DNA from: Candidatus Krumholzibacteriota bacterium
GTDB lineage: Bacteria; Krumholzibacteriota; Krumholzibacteriia; JAJRXK01
Direction of reading: 5' to 3'
Length of the DNA: 64,000 nt
Assembly: GCA_963806035.1 (NCBI GenBank)
Contig: CAWDWO010000026.1
Span: 136,092-200,091, forward strand
The translations under genes were made by a program, and so were the position numbers. Below are positions 62,958-64,000 of this stretch, one piece after another. How positions within the stretch are numbered: position 1 is the first letter of the stretch; every line of letters starts with the position of its first letter. The notes under the pieces are model-generated. The model made no database searches and was not told the origin of the DNA. It saw only the letters and a list, made by a program, of their open reading frames with translations.

Positions 62958-64000
62958 TCACCGGGGCCGCGTTTCGAACACACGAACCCCGGCGGCCTCA
63001 TGCAGCAGGGACCAACTTTCCGGGGGATGGAAGACATAGGCCGGTAGTGTGGCTGCCACGGGCCGCCCCTGGCCCCCCTCGGGACCGCCATACTTCTTCA
63101 AGGAGGCCGCGTCGATGACCGCCAGTCCTTCGGGCAGGGTGGCGGGATTGCGATACCAGTTCAGGTAAGCGATCCGCCCGCCCGGCCAGGGATCGGTCCG
63201 CACCATCCTGGCATCGTCATCACTCCCGTGGTAGAGACCGCGCATGTCTTTGTAACGCAGCTCGTAGGCCAGGCGAATTCCGGTGCGCCAATGGTCCACC
63301 AGGATGGGGAGCTGCGAGTGCTCCTCCGCCAGATGGGCAACTGATCTCCAGGTCTCGTATCTCGGGACATCAAGCCTTCGAAACCGGACGACCTGATACC
63401 CGTAGAGTCCAAGTTCCAAAAGCAGGACTCCCACCGCCCCCACACGCAGAGCGTTGCGTAGCGCGCGACGCCGCAGAAAAGGCGCGCGTGGATTGGGCGC
63501 GAGGCCCAAGAGCTGTGAAACGCCCCACGCTCCCAGGACCGCGGCCGGGATGCTCAGCGGGGTGAGAAAGCGCAGTCGCTTCAGAATGGGCAGGTAGCTG
63601 CCAAGGCTCATGGATCCGAATTCCAGGAAGCAGAAGATCACGAGGATCCACAGGAGCAGACTGCGCGCCTCCTTCGAGCGCCACACCAGTGCGAGCATTG
63701 CCCCCAGCATGAGAAACCACGGGTGCAGTCCCGTCAGACTCAGGGGCGCAATCAGAGTCGAGGGGTACATGCTAAGCCTGGCCGGTTCGGCCAAGACGCC
63801 ACTGCTATAGACCTGAGACACCACCTCCGCCCGGTAAAACGGATTTCCAGTGGCCAGCCCGTACAGCAAGAGCAGTCCACCGATTACCGTGAGGCTACCG
63901 AGAGCCACTTGGAACACCTTCGTCCCGCGGACTCTGCGCACCAGAGCATCGATGACGACGTAGGCCGCAAGGATCAGTGCATAGGGTCGAATGACCGCGG
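62958..64000 (-). CDS. polytopic membrane protein with a soluble C-terminal domain (GT-C-like, ArnT/PMT-type architecture), partial; 5' end beyond the window
   Basis: Seven or more hydrophobic helices then a ~150-aa soluble tail; the frame stays open to the window edge; family assignment is tentative. Confidence 0.4.
   Translation of the reverse strand, partial: AVIRPYALILAAYVVIDALVRRVRGTKVFQVALGSLTVIGGLLLLYGLATGNPFYRAEVVSQVYSSGVLAEPARLSMYPSTLIAPLSLTGLHPWFLMLGAMLALVWRSKEARSLLLWILVIFCFLEFGSMSLGSYLPILKRLRFLTPLSIPAAVLGAWGVSQLLGLAPNPRAPFLRRRALRNALRVGAVGVLLLELGLYGYQVVRFRRLDVPRYETWRSVAHLAEEHSQLPILVDHWRTGIRLAYELRYKDMRGLYHGSDDDARMVRTDPWPGGRIAYLNWYRNPATLPEGLAVIDAASLKKYGGPEGGQGRPVAATLPAYVFHPPESWSLLHEAAGVRVFETRPR

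Overview
This is a high-GC (~65%) window from a Gram-negative genome (LptE, outer-membrane barrels, SPOR lipoprotein). It is gene-dense, almost entirely minus-strand, and many stop and start codons overlap as ATGA or GTGA. I cannot name the organism from the sequence.

The window contains three blocks:
- **Exosortase / PEP-CTERM exopolysaccharide locus (1.5-21 kb).** It holds exosortase, EpsI, one PEP-CTERM substrate protein, a Wza-like exporter, Wzz, a BY-kinase, an outer-membrane barrel, a flippase-like membrane protein and a TPR lipoprotein. Nucleotide-sugar genes (TviC/WbpP-like epimerase, WbpA/TviB-like dehydrogenase) and a GAF-GGDEF cyclase follow. A sigma54-type two-component pair and a priming sugar transferase lie upstream.
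- **Housekeeping super-operon (21.5-47 kb).** Gene order is thrS, infC, rpmI, rplT, pheS, pheT, zapA, a candidate 6S RNA, ymdB, folD, ispA, yuiD, dxs, nadK, recN, trpEGDCFB and tRNA-Arg. It lies next to tRNA-Val, moaDE, a sigma-70 factor and dnaK.
- **Second glycan island (47-64 kb).** It has one GT2 and three GT4 glycosyltransferases, WbpB-like and WbpE-like genes, a second priming transferase and an RmlD-like reductase. A polyprenyl synthase is coupled to an LtaS-architecture membrane protein and a SPOR lipoprotein. A radical-SAM/SPASM enzyme is followed closely (11 nt) by a GT4 and a secreted fusion of metallophosphoesterase, FGE-sulfatase-like domain and a T9SS-type C-terminal sorting domain.

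Four tRNAs beyond tRNA-Arg (Val, Leu, Cys, Gly) have matching promoter and terminator signals. All protein-level identifications come from reading the supplied translations for family motifs; no database search was run. My hand-derived coordinates may be off by 1-2 nt.

The most novel candidates are the radical-SAM/SPASM + GT4 + secreted FGE-like/T9SS-sorted gene triad, and a single genome neighbourhood carrying both a PEP-CTERM/exosortase system and a T9SS-type sorting signal.
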